The notes: generated by a model not told the origin, from the letters alone. 57,090 bases of DNA, filler included, from Sphacelaria rigidula (GCA_964200075.2; 6 parts of 6 records of this genome joined end to end with filler, not necessarily neighbours in it), one strand, 5' to 3'; positions 11,331 to 24,005 are shown, counted from the whole stretch's first letter. Program-made: numbers and translations.

Positions 11331-12335
11331 TCAATTCCTCAGCTCCAAGCCCGTGAGCACCACGTTAGCCAGCGGTAACAGGGCAAAGACTCCCGCGACT
11401 ACACCGGACTGGACGTAGTTCCCCCACACGGTGGTAACGCCTATCGTGAGCGAGTCAACCACCACGAACGCTCGTGCGAATGGAATAATCGACTTGGCCT
11501 TTTGAGTATCAGAGAGGCACGACAGAAGCAGGGTGCGCGCGATCAAGAACAGCAGTGAGCCCATCCGAAACCAATAGATGGCTACACCGTGCAACACTAG
11601 CTCGCAGATCGCCATAAGATTCAACGTTGCCGGGAAGGCCGTAAAGCTCCATACCACGGCGGCGGGAATCATGACCCATATGATGGTAAACATGCAACAC
11701 GCACAGTATCCAGAGTCAACCTCTTGATATCGCTTAGTTACGTTGCCATTGCTGTCCCTCTCGACGACTTCTGTTTCCGTTACGGACATGTCGGCGGCAC
11801 AGGCGAAGCACCAACCCGCCGACTTGCCCCACAAACGCATAATGTACGCGAAAATGACCCACATTGCCTCGTGCGGCTTCATAAGCCCCCGATCGGAAAC
11901 GCAAAAGAGGATTAGCTGAGCGCTGACGGCCGTCACAGCGCGGAGCGCTACGGCTTCAGCCAGCCCCGGCTTTCCCTCAGCCACCAGACATTTCGGCTCG
12001 AGATCATCATCAACGCTCATCAAGGCGCCGTCTTCTGCTGTCGGATACGCCAGCGCCGCGGTTCGCCCACCCCCATCCAGGTACAGCATTCCCATGACAA
12101 GCCCCTGGATTACTAATACCACCCATGCCCAGATTGTTACTTGCCACGGCAGCTTCGTCACGAGTCGGTTGGCGCTCTCTTCATCTCCTCCTCTCTCTTG
12201 CATATGATCACCTTCAGACGTCATGGCTTGTCCAAGTTCGAAATAGCCCGGCTCTGGGTGACGGCGCTGCGGCTCGTGGATGACGACGACGCCGTTGTTG
12301 TTGTTGTTGTTGTACTTGAAGCCAGCCACACTCAT
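11331..12335 (-). CDS. Intronless 334-aa multi-pass membrane protein of unknown family
   Basis: Longest ORF in the window, ATG to TGA. About 6-8 hydrophobic segments, an N-terminal poly-Asn, and a Cys-flanked loop (WCFAC...ETEVVERDSNGNVTKRYQEVDSGYCACC). Confidence 0.85.
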   Translation of the reverse strand: MSVAGFKYNNNNNNGVVVIHEPQRRHPEPGYFELGQAMTSEGDHMQERGGDEESANRLVTKLPWQVTIWAWVVLVIQGLVMGMLYLDGGGRTAALAYPTAEDGALMSVDDDLEPKCLVAEGKPGLAEAVALRAVTAVSAQLILFCVSDRGLMKPHEAMWVIFAYIMRLWGKSAGWCFACAADMSVTETEVVERDSNGNVTKRYQEVDSGYCACCMFTIIWVMIPAAVVWSFTAFPATLNLMAICELVLHGVAIYWFRMGSLLFLIARTLLLSCLSDTQKAKSIIPFARAFVVVDSLTIGVTTVWGNYVQSGVVAGVFALLPLANVVLTGLELRN

Positions 12336-13907
12336 TGTGTTTAGTAGGCTCGCTCCTCCTCTGTCGTGTTGATGGACAAATTCAAATTTCTGAAGTAAAC
12401 TGCGTCACCTGTGGATGGCATCGGGTTGTCGGAAGTATTATTTTTACTTGTGGCAAGATTGTTCTTGTATTCCTACCGTGATGCTGGCATTGGAACCTGT
12501 CCTCGGCAATTAGGTGCTTTAAATTGTACTGAAATTGAAATACGAGCTCGCGACATAATTTGTATCCAATCTCATCACAAACCAAACCCTAGCTAGCACC
12601 ATCAGCTAGGCCATTTAACGCAAAACAAGTATTTGATATCGGTTTGCATGGGATCGAGCCTTGGGGTGGTGTTTCGGTGATGTGGGTTTTTGGCGTCGTC
12701 GGAGTGCCACTGACAATATGCGTCGAAGACTCAGAAGCCTCTTGGCGTTTTCATTGTACCTGTTGCAGAAAAGCTCCCATCATCCTCAAGCTTGGCACTT
12801 TGTTAGATATGGGTGCTACAAATGGGGGAAAAGTGGGTGAAGAATACCTCAAAGCTTGTCTACCATCTTCCGGGGATCCCAGCGTGAAGACCCCGAGACA
12901 CCGGGAAAGATCTCGTCAAAATAGAAGTTCAACTTCGACTCGCCTGGAGGTTGTCTGAGAAACGTTCACACAAGTTTCACATGTCGGACAGCTCATGAGC
13001 CACTTGAACATTATTTCTTAATAGTATACTAATGGGGATCATTGGCTAGCATATTCGGCCTCTTTTCCCTAACATTCACTCCCTTCCAAGATGGACGCGA
13101 AGTACGCGGAGTAGCGCAAAGGTAGCGCTTGGGCTTCTCGGACCCCGCTGTCACGTAAGTTGTGCTCTTAAGCAAAAGACCTGAGCGTCCGTCCTCTTGG
13201 AATGTGCTACTTCAGGTATCTCATGAGTTAATCGGCACCATTTTCACTTAGAAAGGGAAAAGATATTATGTCGGTCCACGAATGGACGACCGCTCGCAGT
13301 CACAGTGGCCGCGTTAGGTCCCATCAAACCTGCGAGGATACTGTCGGACAGCAATACCAACCTTTGCTGGGTTTGGCATAAGGCAATCAGTACAGAACTG
13401 AGAAGAAATGGACAGGTTAACGTTCCTAATAAAGGACAATGCGCATGAAACGGTTTGTAGGTGAAAAAACCTGGATTTTCATGGAGGAGAGACTCTCTGC
13501 GCTTCCTTCCTCAGCTCTTGAGAGTCCTTTCAATTGTGTGGAGTTAGTTGAGAAAATTGATCTGTTTACTTTTTACAGGCATTATGGATTTTGGTGCATG
13601 ATGTTACGGTGACTGTGCAGACGACAGTCAGTACAGTAGAGCAACGTAAGGTGGCTATGGTCCGGTTTGCCTGCGGTACTGCCGCCAGCGTTGCTTGAAA
13701 GCCACAAGGCCTTTGCGGTCGGCGGTTGATGGCGTGGGTCTCAAAATGCAAGGGCAAGTGGTTGATCATCGAGCACTCTTATTCCTCGTGAAAGATTTCT
13801 CGCCCCAGCTCGTAATGCATGACCTCCTCACATGGGAATTCTGGAAAGTTAATGTAGCTCGGTCGCGGGTGGGTGCTTCAGATTGCAGGACAGAGGCATA
13901 CTCATGC

Positions 13908-14640
13908 GCCACGCCAGCAACAGTTACGTCATCACCATAGGTAACGCTCTTCACTCCGCATGACTTGACAGTCTCCACAAGTATTTGGTCTCTCATACAC
14001 CCCCCCAACTGGCGTGTGGCACGCTCTTGTCGCGCACGCACGGGGTCACATGCTGGGTAAAATCAACGATAAAAAACACCCCCCAAGTTGTGATCGAATC
14101 TATTATCGCCGCAGCACCGTCCATGCTGGCATGAGTGTAACAGAGAACAGTAGCGGTGACGGGAACATCGCCCTATTTTTCAACGGCGTGTTCTGCAGCG
14201 CACAGACGGAGGCGCGCCCTGTTCAAAAAGAGAGGCAGAGAGAAATCGATATTTGAATTGGTGAGCTCCAAAGACAGGAAGAGGCGATATATCTCCGCAC
14301 CTCGATGTTTTTGGGGGGGCTGCGCAGCAATATAACCTGCCAAAGGACACATGAGAAATAGGGTACATACATGCATGGTGTCAGTCTCGCGAGCAATTGG
14401 TGATCGCCGAGCGAGGACACACAAAAGACACGGGCGAGGAGATTCCTCTCTGCCGTTGCTCCCTCTCTGGTGATATCGTCATCGACACGCTTGTACACCG
14501 CATTCGTTCGGTACACCTAGCCAAAACTGCCTAACTGCTGCAGACTTTGGGGGGGGGGGGAGATGGTTTCGCTCGGTGTAACTGTTTCGCGTCATCCCTG
14601 CAAAAAAGGTATGCCACTTGAAACTCATTTTAGTGTTCAA
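13908..14640 (+). repeat. Unclassified ~730-bp interspersed repeat, copy 1
   Basis: Aligns with 16612-17338 and with the reverse complement of 17905-18578 (shared GAGAACAGTAGC..GACGG, GCAGAGAGAAATCGAT). Confidence 0.85.
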
Positions 14641-15883
14641 CCCCAGAAATTAGCATCGACTATTGTTTCACGAAATTCTCTTTTTTTCGATCAAAAAAGC
14701 GGCAATGTTTTCGTGACATTGAGGCTGCTTCTCATGTATTAAAAAAATCGTTATAAAAACGCTGTTCTTCAACAGCACGTTTTTCAAGAGAATATGTTGG
14801 GGTATCCCTTCTTCCGTTATCGACGCTGTCAAAATTGGAAAATCAGTGTTCATCGTTTTCTACAAGGCGTGTGGGCACAATTCCAAATTTTGGAGCGCGC
14901 GAAAGAGAAAAAACACTCTGCTGTCTCGTCGTGATGTACGGTCCGTACTATCTGTCTGTACTAAATTCATATATTGACTGAGCCATACATGGTGGGCTAC
15001 GTGACGCAAGGCGATCATTAAGAACACCACCTTGCTGTACTAACTGACTGTAGAACTGATGGTTGCGTTTTTTCGGTGCACGGTAGTACTTGACTGTACA
15101 GACAGCACGGACAACAGTACAGACAGTGCTGCAGTGTATGCATTGGCTGTAGTGCTACAGTAGTAGCACTACTTATAGTCTTGTGTATGCAGTCAGTACG
15201 GTCCTGTTTCTACGGGGCTTGATTGCGGGGCAGTCTGTACTGCATTGCGACTGCTGTTCGCAATACACTGCATGCACACACCCGAACTGAACTACAAGTC
15301 TGTACGGACTACAAACATGCAGACTGTGCAGCACTCATCTACCCTGACCAGTGCTGTCCTCATGGGGTGAAGGGCCACCATGCTACTGGTGTGCGAAGGA
15401 CAATGAAGCAACACGCTGACTGCCCGCGAGCACCACATCAGCGGTAGTAGTGATGGCAGCCAAGTCATCATTGGTGCTGTCGTAGGCTGTAGGGTGTGTT
15501 GGCGGGCGGTGAGACTTTAATCGGATTTTCAATAATGTTTGTCGACAGTCCTATTGGAAAATAAATGTTATCAGATTTTTTCACAACTAAAACGCAATTT
15601 CTGATCACACAGGAAGCGGTTTTCTGGCCTGTTGTCAGCAAACAGCTTATTTTATACTGGTTTAATATACATGAGAAGTAACCTGAGAGTGATGATGCGA
15701 TTGAGAGTAATAAGCGGTCAATTTATGAATGAATAGTTTCAGTTATGAAATGCCCCTCCACGCGAGGCACGATACACTTTCTGTAGGAGCTTGACACTCC
15801 AGCCCTTGGTATTCATGTAGGATAACGACGTGGAGCCAAAGGCAGACGCCAGTGTTACAGGCAAAGAAAAGTACAAACAAAAT

Positions 15884-16142
15884 CATACGTCGGACATATC
15901 ATGATCCGTCAGAAAAATACTTTCTTTCAGCATACTGATCCGGGCCATGATCCGGATCATTTGGCGAGCCTTTTCCATGTTTTCCCCCTAAAGCGCCGGA
16001 CGCCGAGCATGCCGAGTAGCGCGAAGGTTGCGCTTTGGCTTTTCTGACTCCGCGGTCACATACTATGCGTTTGTGGACCAACGGATCGAAGTCTCTTCTT
16101 CGATTACTTATTTCACACGGATCATGATCTGTCCGACGTGTG
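15884..16142. mobile_element. hAT-type MITE (CACACGTCGGAC family)
   Basis: TIRs CATACGTCGGACATATCATGATCCG / CGGATCATGATCTGTCCGACGTGTG. Flanks AACAAAAT / GGCAGAAT differ only by A/G transitions, consistent with an 8-bp TSD. Confidence 0.85.
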
Positions 16143-16611
16143 GGCAGAATGAAAAATTGGTCAATCAAGAGCGAGTGATGAAACACACTCTCAACCAGCG
16201 CTCTATTTGAAACTTCCCTTGGACTCAGGCCAACTCTAGTAATGGGCATCGTTCAAATATAAGTACCCTTCTCCCTTACAAGGCTTGTACAATTGAAATG
16301 TTACAGGCAGTCTATACGTTCAGCGACGGAATTGCAGTCACATTCCGGGCTGACCCGACTGCCTACTACTGTCATTGCTCGAAAGCTGTTCTCAGGCAAG
16401 CCCTTCCTGGCCACCGCTTAACGGCGCGGGTCAGGCGTACAATGGCAGGTGATTGAATTACAGGACACCCTTGTCCCTAACCATATCTCGCCTCAACTGA
16501 GGATGACTTTCCTCACATGACAAGTTTGTGCAACAGACACACACACAGACATACACCATGCATGCGACCGGTCGTAAAAGCTCAATTACAGGATGCCAGC
16601 CCCCATTTCGG

Positions 16612-17338
16612 TCACGCCAGCAGGAGTTAAGTCACCCGCACGAGGTATTTCTCTACTCCGCATACCAAGAAGATCTACGCGAGTGTTTGATGTCTCATTC
16701 ATCCATCCCCCTAATTGGGATGTGGCAGACTGTCGTCCTTGTTTTGCAGACGTCGGGTGAAATCGACGACTGCATCAACACCCTCCAGCTTCCGATGATT
16801 AGATCTTGCCGCAAGGGCGCCGCCGTCCTTGCTCGTGTGAGTACGTGAGAGAACAGTAGCGACGACGGAAATATCACCCTGCTTTTCGACGACTTGTTCT
16901 AGTGCGCACAGAGGCGCTTCCTGTCCAAGCAGAGAAGCAGAGAGAAATCGATCTTTGCATCGGCCAGCGTCACAGACAGGATACGACAACCTGGGCATCC
17001 CGCGATCTTGTTTCCGCGGCTGTGCCACAAAATCCCGCCCGCCCGCCCACGCATGGCAACCTGGGTATGCACTGGTACTATAACATGATGCCAATATCTG
17101 CGGTGATTGGGAATCGCTGAGCGAGGACACACGAAGAACACCGGCGACAAGCTTCCTCTCCGTCGTTGTTGCTCTGGTGATGTCGCTATCGACACGCGTG
17201 TGCACCGCATTCATTTCGTGCACCTACCCACACCGGCGCAACTGCAACAGAAACTCTGGTTGCGAAAATGTGTTTCCGTGGTAATACTGTTTGCCGTGAA
17301 TTCTTGATTATTCGAAAGTGAACCTCATTTCAGTGTTG
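16612..17338 (+). repeat. Unclassified ~730-bp interspersed repeat, copy 2
   Basis: Aligns with 13908-14640. Confidence 0.85.
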
Positions 17339-17904
17339 GAAGCCATTTCTAAGGATCCGCAGTTAAGATTGAAAAACAAATTTAGAACGGTTCCCATTAG
17401 AGAGGTGGTGCAAACTCGAGAAAAACGAGAGAATTTCGCGCTATTCTATTCCATCACCCTCCTCTCTCGATCGAACAAAGTGTGCCAACGGAAGGGCGAT
17501 CACCCTCAACAATGGTTTCGTGATATTAAAAATAGAGGATACAATTGAGAGTGACCCTCCACGAGACCCGATACGCTCTGTGTAGTAGCTCGCCATTGAA
17601 GCACCTCAAATCCCCGAGTGGGATGTCGATGTGTAGCTCCACGCACACGCCAGTGTTGGACCGTCTTTTATGGCAGTCGCCAATCCAAATTTTTTCGAGC
17701 ATCGGGCGAAAACAATTTGGGGAACGCATTTTACGGACCCGATTTGGACCAAATCGGGGTGTCACGATCTCAGAACTATTTCCCCCGATGAAGATCTTGT
17801 GAAGGCTGAGGCCCACGACTTTGAGGAGGCGACGTACGTGTATTGATGTACAATGAACACCGGATCCTGAAAAATGGGGTCGATCTCGAAACAGATGACG
17901 CGAA

Positions 17905-18578
17905 ACAGATGACGCGAAAGAGTAACAAAGAGCGAAACCATATTTCCCCCCCAAAGTCTGCAGCAGTGAATCATCAGTTGTGGCTAAATGCACCGCACGA
18001 CTGCGGTGTACACGCGTGTCGATGACGATATAACCAGAGAGAGAAACAACGATAGAGAGGAAGCTCGTCGCCCGTGTCCTTTGTGTGCCCTCGCTAGGCG
18101 ATCACCAATCGCTTGAGAGACTGGCATCATCGATGTTACCAGCGTGTACCCAATTTTCCATGTGTCAGAACACCGAGCAGCGGAGATATTTCGTCTCTCC
18201 TTGCCTGTCGACCTCACTAATGCGAAGATCGATTTCTCTCTGCCTCTCTTTGCGGACAGGATGCGCCTCTGTGCGCTGAAAAACAGAGCAATGTTCCCGT
18301 CACCGCTACTACTGTTCTCTGTCACACACATGCCAGCAAGAACGGTGCGCTGCAGCAAAAATAACAGATTATCCACTTTGAACTTGGGGGGTGTTATTCA
18401 TTGTTGATTTTATACGACATAACATATCTGACCATACAGGCGCTCGACCACAAGAGCCTGCCACAGGCCAGTTGGGGTGTGAGAGAGAGAGAGATCAAAC
18501 ACTTCTGGAGACCTTCTCGACATGCGGAGTGAAAAAAGATACCTATGGTGGTGACCTAACTGTTGCTAGTGTGGTGCA
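17905..18578 (-). repeat. Unclassified ~730-bp interspersed repeat, copy 3 (inverted)
   Basis: Its reverse complement aligns with 13908-14600. Confidence 0.85.
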
Positions 18579-18965
18579 GAGGCACACGTGGACAGATAGC
18601 ACCCTGTGGAGGGGGTCTTCAGGGTTTGCGTACCCTGCGCAGTGTTTCTGGCGGGGATTTTACTGTACAGTGTTTTCCGGCGTGACACAGGACGCTTCAC
18701 AGGGTTTCTCTACAGTGGACACGAATACTGTGCATCACAGGGTTCCGCCGCCCCGTGAAGAGTTCATCGCTGCTGGCAATGCTGTGGTGCAGAGGCACAC
18801 GTGGACAGATAGCACCCTGTGGAGGGGGTCTACAGGGTTTGCGTACCCTGCGCAGTGTTTCTGGGGGGAATTTCACTGTACAGTGGGTTCGGGCGAAACA
18901 CAGGACTCTTCATAGGGTTTCTCTACAGTGGACACGAATACTGTGCATCACAGGGTTCCGTCGCC
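18571..18965. repeat. 213-bp tandem repeat (satellite) running into the contig end
   Basis: GTGGTGCAGAGGCACACGTGGACAGATAGCACCCTGTGG... starts at 18571 and 18784 with high identity. Confidence 0.93.
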
Positions 18966-19065
18966 NNNNNNNNNNNNNNNNNNNNNNNNNNNNNNNNNNN
19001 NNNNNNNNNTTAATTAATTAANNNNNNNNNNNNNNNNNNNNNNNNNNNNNNNNNNNNNNNNNNNN
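18966..19065. other. Artificial contig-joining spacer
   Basis: N44-TTAATTAATTAA-N44. Confidence 0.99.
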
Positions 19066-19133
19066 CTGGTCAGGAGACCAGAGTTTGAATCACCCAACCC
19101 CTCACTCATCATTCCCAAAAAATGGAAACATCA

Positions 19134-20056
19134 CCCCCCCCCCCCCCCCCTGTGGGTTTGCTCCGTCTCGAAAGGGATCCGTGGTCAATGATCAAACGAC
19201 TAAGGCAAGCAACAAATGAGTACGCCACCCCCCCCCTCCCCCCCCCGTTGGTTTGGTGTCGGGTGGAAATGACGCTGTAAAATACGCCACTCGCTGCGTA
19301 AGCCAGGCAACCAGGTTACCGATTGTGTTCGCATGCTTGCGTTATCTTTGCGGTCACCATGATGGTGGTCAAGCTAGATCATATTGTGCGAGGTGGGAAA
19401 ACCTCAACTCCGCGCAAAGAGGATCATCGTATTACTTAGTGTTTAAATGGTGAGACGCCCATGAGCCAGTGTATTAGTCGTGACATTCTCTGGAAGTGGC
19501 AACACCAGAACGAAGCAACTCATTGGAGGTTGTCATCCAAATGCAAGATAATCAGCGCGCTTCGGGCCGAACAATTATAACAAGATGCAGCTCATCCTTC
19601 GGGCGGCACGCCGAACACACCACGGCGCTTCGCAATTGGTCATTGTTTACGAGCCTGGTCCGGCGAAAACCCGGCGTGCTCCGTCCCGGCTTTGTAAGGA
19701 TGCGCGGCCAATGGCCCATGACTATGGCATGCAAGACCATGAGTACACCCGCTCCCCCCCCGTAGAACAGTTCAAAACATGTGGGATTTAACGAAGGTGA
19801 CACGAAAATGTTTGATACATTAGACAGTAGGGAGAAAGCGATCGCTTTACTACGAGATTAATGTAGCCACAGACGGCGAATCAGGGGGAGAACAAGAATT
19901 GTGAAAGGTTTGGGCGTCATGTATGGGAGAAACGTAATGGGCGCCCAAAGGTTGAAGGCGTCTGTTGGGAAGGGAACGGTACTCCGTCCCGAAAGGGGTG
20001 CGTGGTCAATGGTCGAACGACCAAGACAAGCAGCAAATAAGTATGCCCCCCTCCCT
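19134..20056 (+). mobile_element. Head-to-tail stack of retroposon 3' ends: C-tract, LINE stub (19151-19245), B element (19246-19760), LINE 3' fragment (19765-20056)
   Basis: Each module aligns with the reverse complement of parts of 3147-3950 and is bounded by a C-rich tract. Confidence 0.85.
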
Positions 20057-20516
20057 CTAAACGACCGTGCGAAACAGCCCAAGTCAAGAAGAGAAAAAGA
20101 ATACACGTACACCTTCCATTTTGTTTGATCAATGCAACGAAATTACATAGTACAGGATATGTTCATAACAATATATGTCAGTATATACGAGTAGTAGTAT
20201 CCCTATACTCCATCTTCCGAAAAATAATTCATGGAAAATTTTGAAGGCTGTACCAAATGGTTCGGGAAAGTGTGTCCGTTCCGTAGGGTAAGTATTCATA
20301 GGCTTTTCTTGAATGTATCAAGCATTGTTCGTTCCCTACCGTGACCTACTGCTTCGGGATTCTTTCAAGCACTACCTGGTAGACAATCAGCCGAATACGT
20401 ATACCAACTGTACGTTCATACAAGCCCATCCCGCCCGAAGGTATCACGACGCCTTAAAAAAAAGAGAGAGGATTTGCAACTGCTCTCTCTTACACTATCT
20501 CATTCGCTGCTATCAC

Positions 20517-20603
20517 CTCCGTTTCCTGTTGCGGAGTTGTTCGCGAACAAGGTGTCGACGCTGGCCATGACCAATGCTGAGGCGTCAGAAACATGTAGTG
20601 CAC
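20517..20603 (-). CDS. Exon of a polymorphic-membrane-protein (GGAI/FxxN beta-helix repeat) adhesin-like gene
   Basis: GGCAG| ... GGAG|GTGATA, 87 bp, phase 1-1: GALHVSDASALVMASVDTLFANNSATGNGG. Confidence 0.85.
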
Positions 20604-20864
20604 CTGCCAGACGACACGCAGCAATCATAGGCAGGGACAGGAACCATTAGATGCGAGTGAAGTTCCCGTTGCTTTAAAAAGAGCGAGTGATTATTTAGGA
20701 AATATCCCAGGTCAGCAGGAGAAAATCCCAAGTGCATCGACAGGTGATCGCTTTGGCAGTTGCCCCTCCGGCCTGCTGCTTTCGACACGTTCCCGACGCC
20801 ACTTCGGGAAGGTGATTGGATTGGCCCCACCTCGGTGTCATTCATATATTATAAGTTGGAGTCA

Positions 20865-21131
20865 GTCCCATTACTATCGACACCGGTTCTTCGGGGATCT
20901 CTGAGTTTTTCTGACATGTCGGACTCTGCGCTCGGACTCCCACAACACTGAAGCAGCGTGATGGTTTCTGCGAACCTCCATTTTGGGACACGTCTGGCTA
21001 TTTAGGACTGCAATCCAGCAATTCGGAGAGCTGCCTTGTGTGTACGCCGTGGCGCTCACAAGCTTTCGTGAATCATGTATGTCCGAAATGTTCGGTGATG
21101 TCCGAAAAAACAGTGTCGATAATTATGGCCC
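20865..21131. mobile_element. MITE with ~50-bp imperfect TIRs
   Basis: CCATTACTATCGACACCGGTTCTTCGG versus the reverse complement CCATAATTATCGACACTGTTTTTTCGG; TTGGAG on both flanks. Confidence 0.6.
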
Positions 21132-21383
21132 TTGGAGAAGCTGCGGCACGGGCAGCTTCAAAATAATCGGTATGACGGTTGAGAATAAATACATCAACCA
21201 CGGAGTGAACTAGAGTGTTGAGCCCTCTCGTTCCACAATGTAACGGTTGAAGCATGAAGAAAGAAAAAGCTTTTAGAGGCGGTGATTTTCCATTCCATTG
21301 TCCCAGAGCGAAGCGTGGGAAGAGGGCGATATCAATACACACTCGGCACGGAAATGACACAAAGGACTACGTCGTTTAGTCCT

Positions 21384-21523
21384 ATCATTAAACGTTCCTA
21401 CCCCCTCCCATCTATGCCCACCATAAAGCAGGTGCAACTCAGTTGATACGGCTCATCATTGAACGTTCCTACCCCGTCCCATCTATGCCCACCATAAAGC
21501 AGGTGCAACTCAACTGATACGGC
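21384..21523. repeat. Tandem duplication, 2 x 71 bp
   Basis: ATCATTRAACGTTCCTACCCCSTCCCATCTATGCCCACCATAAAGCAGGTGCAACTCA... occurs twice. Confidence 0.95.
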
Positions 21524-22889
21524 ACCACAAACATTCAACACACGGCAGAGGGAACTGGAACAGGCGAAACCTATGAAATCCCAGACAACGTGGGACGCCG
21601 GAGTAACATTATGGGGCGCTGGACATTCCTCTGGGAGACGTTTTGCGCTTGGTGTAAACTGAAGCTTTGAGGTCTCTGTTTTCAACACGTTTTAGTGTGA
21701 TGTAGCCATAAACAGGCAAAATTAGAAGCAAAGCACAGACACGCTCCATGACGGAAAGCACAAGTATCCACAGTTGGAACGTCTTGTGGTAGACTGATGA
21801 CCCCCCGCCCCCCCCGCCCGTTTCCGATTCGGGTTCCTTCTTATGTCCCCTCGGCGTTGTCAGGTCTGGTATTTTGGCCTGCGCTGCTTGTTTTGCCTAG
21901 TCACTCGCTTGCGTGCGTGTTTGCTTGCTCGTGTGCACTGCATACTTGCCTGCTTCTCGATTCATGTTTCTTCTGCTGGTGGCTCACTGTCGAACGGTTT
22001 ATGAGACTCGTTAGTTCGATGTGCTACGTTCTCCATCGCGTGCCTGTTCTGTTCGTCTGTCTGTCTGTCTGTCTGCCTGTGCAGCCATGGGCCCCTGGCC
22101 TTTGGACCATTGGTCCTGGCCCCGTTCTGGCTTCTCTGACATCCATTTTGATTGTGCTTGCGGCCTCCGTGCCCTGCCTCTTGAAATTGACTCTGTGGCC
22201 TCATCTTAGTCTCGTGGGCCTGGTTCGTGGTCGCCATTTTCGGCACCATTTTAATATATTTCCGCTACTATATTTCCACCCACTCCCCCCCCCCGCCCGC
22301 CCAATCTTCTGCCCCCTAAAAATAGGGGGGGTGCGGTGCGGGAGGGCCTGGTGGGCCGGTGGGAATCCGGCGCAGAACTGCACAACAGAGTTGGAGGAGT
22401 AGAGAGGCTCAGTGGATCCGTAGCTTTTCCTTTTGTCTGCGTACGATGATAGACGATATATCTTGGCTTTGTGTTTTACGTTTTCCCGCCTGCATGTGGG
22501 CCATCTTGATACTTTGATGCTGACGTGGAGGAATATCCACTTTGCGAGGTGCCGTTGTTCTTGTATGTGACATGTTTTTCTTGTATCGTTGTGGCGTCCT
22601 TTTGTGCCCCGCTTTGTGACCACGTGCCAGATTTTGCGGAAAAGCTGATGTGCCACTTTCTATGACACCCCCCTTCAAAACTAGGTCAAGAGTGTCACGA
22701 AAAAAATGGTCATACAGCGGCTGATGATTGGGTTCAGGATGCACCAAGCGCCTCATATGGCGACATTGGCGAGAACGAACCCAAGCGTGGGAACTCCCAG
22801 CTGCTCGTTGTGCTCGGCTTTCATCGTTTCGATTTCCATGCACATTTTGCCTCCCCAAACCAGGCATGTTTTTCAGGGGGGGGGGGGGT

Positions 22890-23720
22890 AAGAAAGTGTC
22901 ATGCGAGTAACAAAAACGACGATTACAACGACATAGAAACACGTACTTGACCATTTTGGTTGTTTACCAAAGCTGATATAGTAGGAAAGAAGTGGGCAGG
23001 GCACAAAGGTACCGAAGCTGATAAAGCAGGAGAGCCGTGCGAAGGACGCAAAGGTATACACGAAAAACAAAAACGTCACGACGGTTGACAAAGCAGAAAA
23101 CAGAATCGGAATTACCTCGGCGTAGAGAAGGATAATGACTGAAAAAAAAGATAGTCGAGAATCGAGGATAATTGTGAAGTTGATGATGAAAGTTTCAGGA
23201 AAGAAAAGAACGAGACAGGCCTTTTGAAGTAGCACAAAATGATATACTGAAATAAATTGTTAGCAACTACATGAGCAATAGTGGGAGACAACGCAAAGGA
23301 GGCGCTAGGCATATGTGGATTCCAAGGGTGCAAGAGCGCAATAATCGCGACAGTGTTGGAAAAGCAAAAACGCGATTTCATTGGGGTACGTGAAATAAGT
23401 GCATGCGAGGCTTAAAAGACGCGATTTACTTTGGATATATGTATATATATATACCGGAGACTACTGGAAGGGGTGGACGTGAAGTCGTGTCCAAAAGCCC
23501 CACGGACAACCCCAAATGAGTTAAATATCTATTCCGTGAAAGTGGCTTCGATGGGATAAGAAATCTATAATAGTGAGAAGACATGAAAGGGGGACAAGCA
23601 GCATTATTGTTATACTCTATGATGAACCGCGAGTGGGCTTCACAGAGAGGAAATGTGACAATTTTGAATAGGGAAGGTAGTAAACCTTGTTTTGGTTAAA
23701 TCTTCCCCCAAACGTGGGAG
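22890..23720 (+). pseudogene. Highly decayed LINE 5' region / start of the APE endonuclease
   Basis: Purine-rich stretch. About 23308-23396 reads GICGFQGCKSAIIATVLEKQKRDFIGVRE, resembling the WNxxG...DhhGhQE endonuclease motifs. Confidence 0.45.
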
Positions 23721-24005
23721 ATGTGAAAGCCAGGACAGCAATATACATGGACTCTTGACCTGACCACGGGGGGATTGCAGACATAAACCACTGCGGCGCG
23801 AAAAACCTGGGTCCGATGCCGTTCAGTCCGTGGTCTCGTGGTGATGGGGTGCTTAAATGAGGTGCCCTTTACCACCTCTTCGACTTACCCACAAATTCCC
23901 GTCAACAACATCCAGCATTACAGGTTCGGCAGTACTCTTGCTTTATCGCCAATGAGCGCATTGCTCCCCACTGGGTGTTGTGCCTAGGCCTGTAGTACGT
24001 CTCAC

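Noticed and set aside
18391-18915. 174-aa ORF with an internal repeat
   Set aside because: It arises from an interspersed repeat plus the 213-bp satellite, and the peptide is not protein-like.
21797-22402. 201-aa hydrophobic ORF
   Set aside because: Low-complexity GT/CT-rich repeat-like sequence between C-tracts, with no recognisable motif or splice support.
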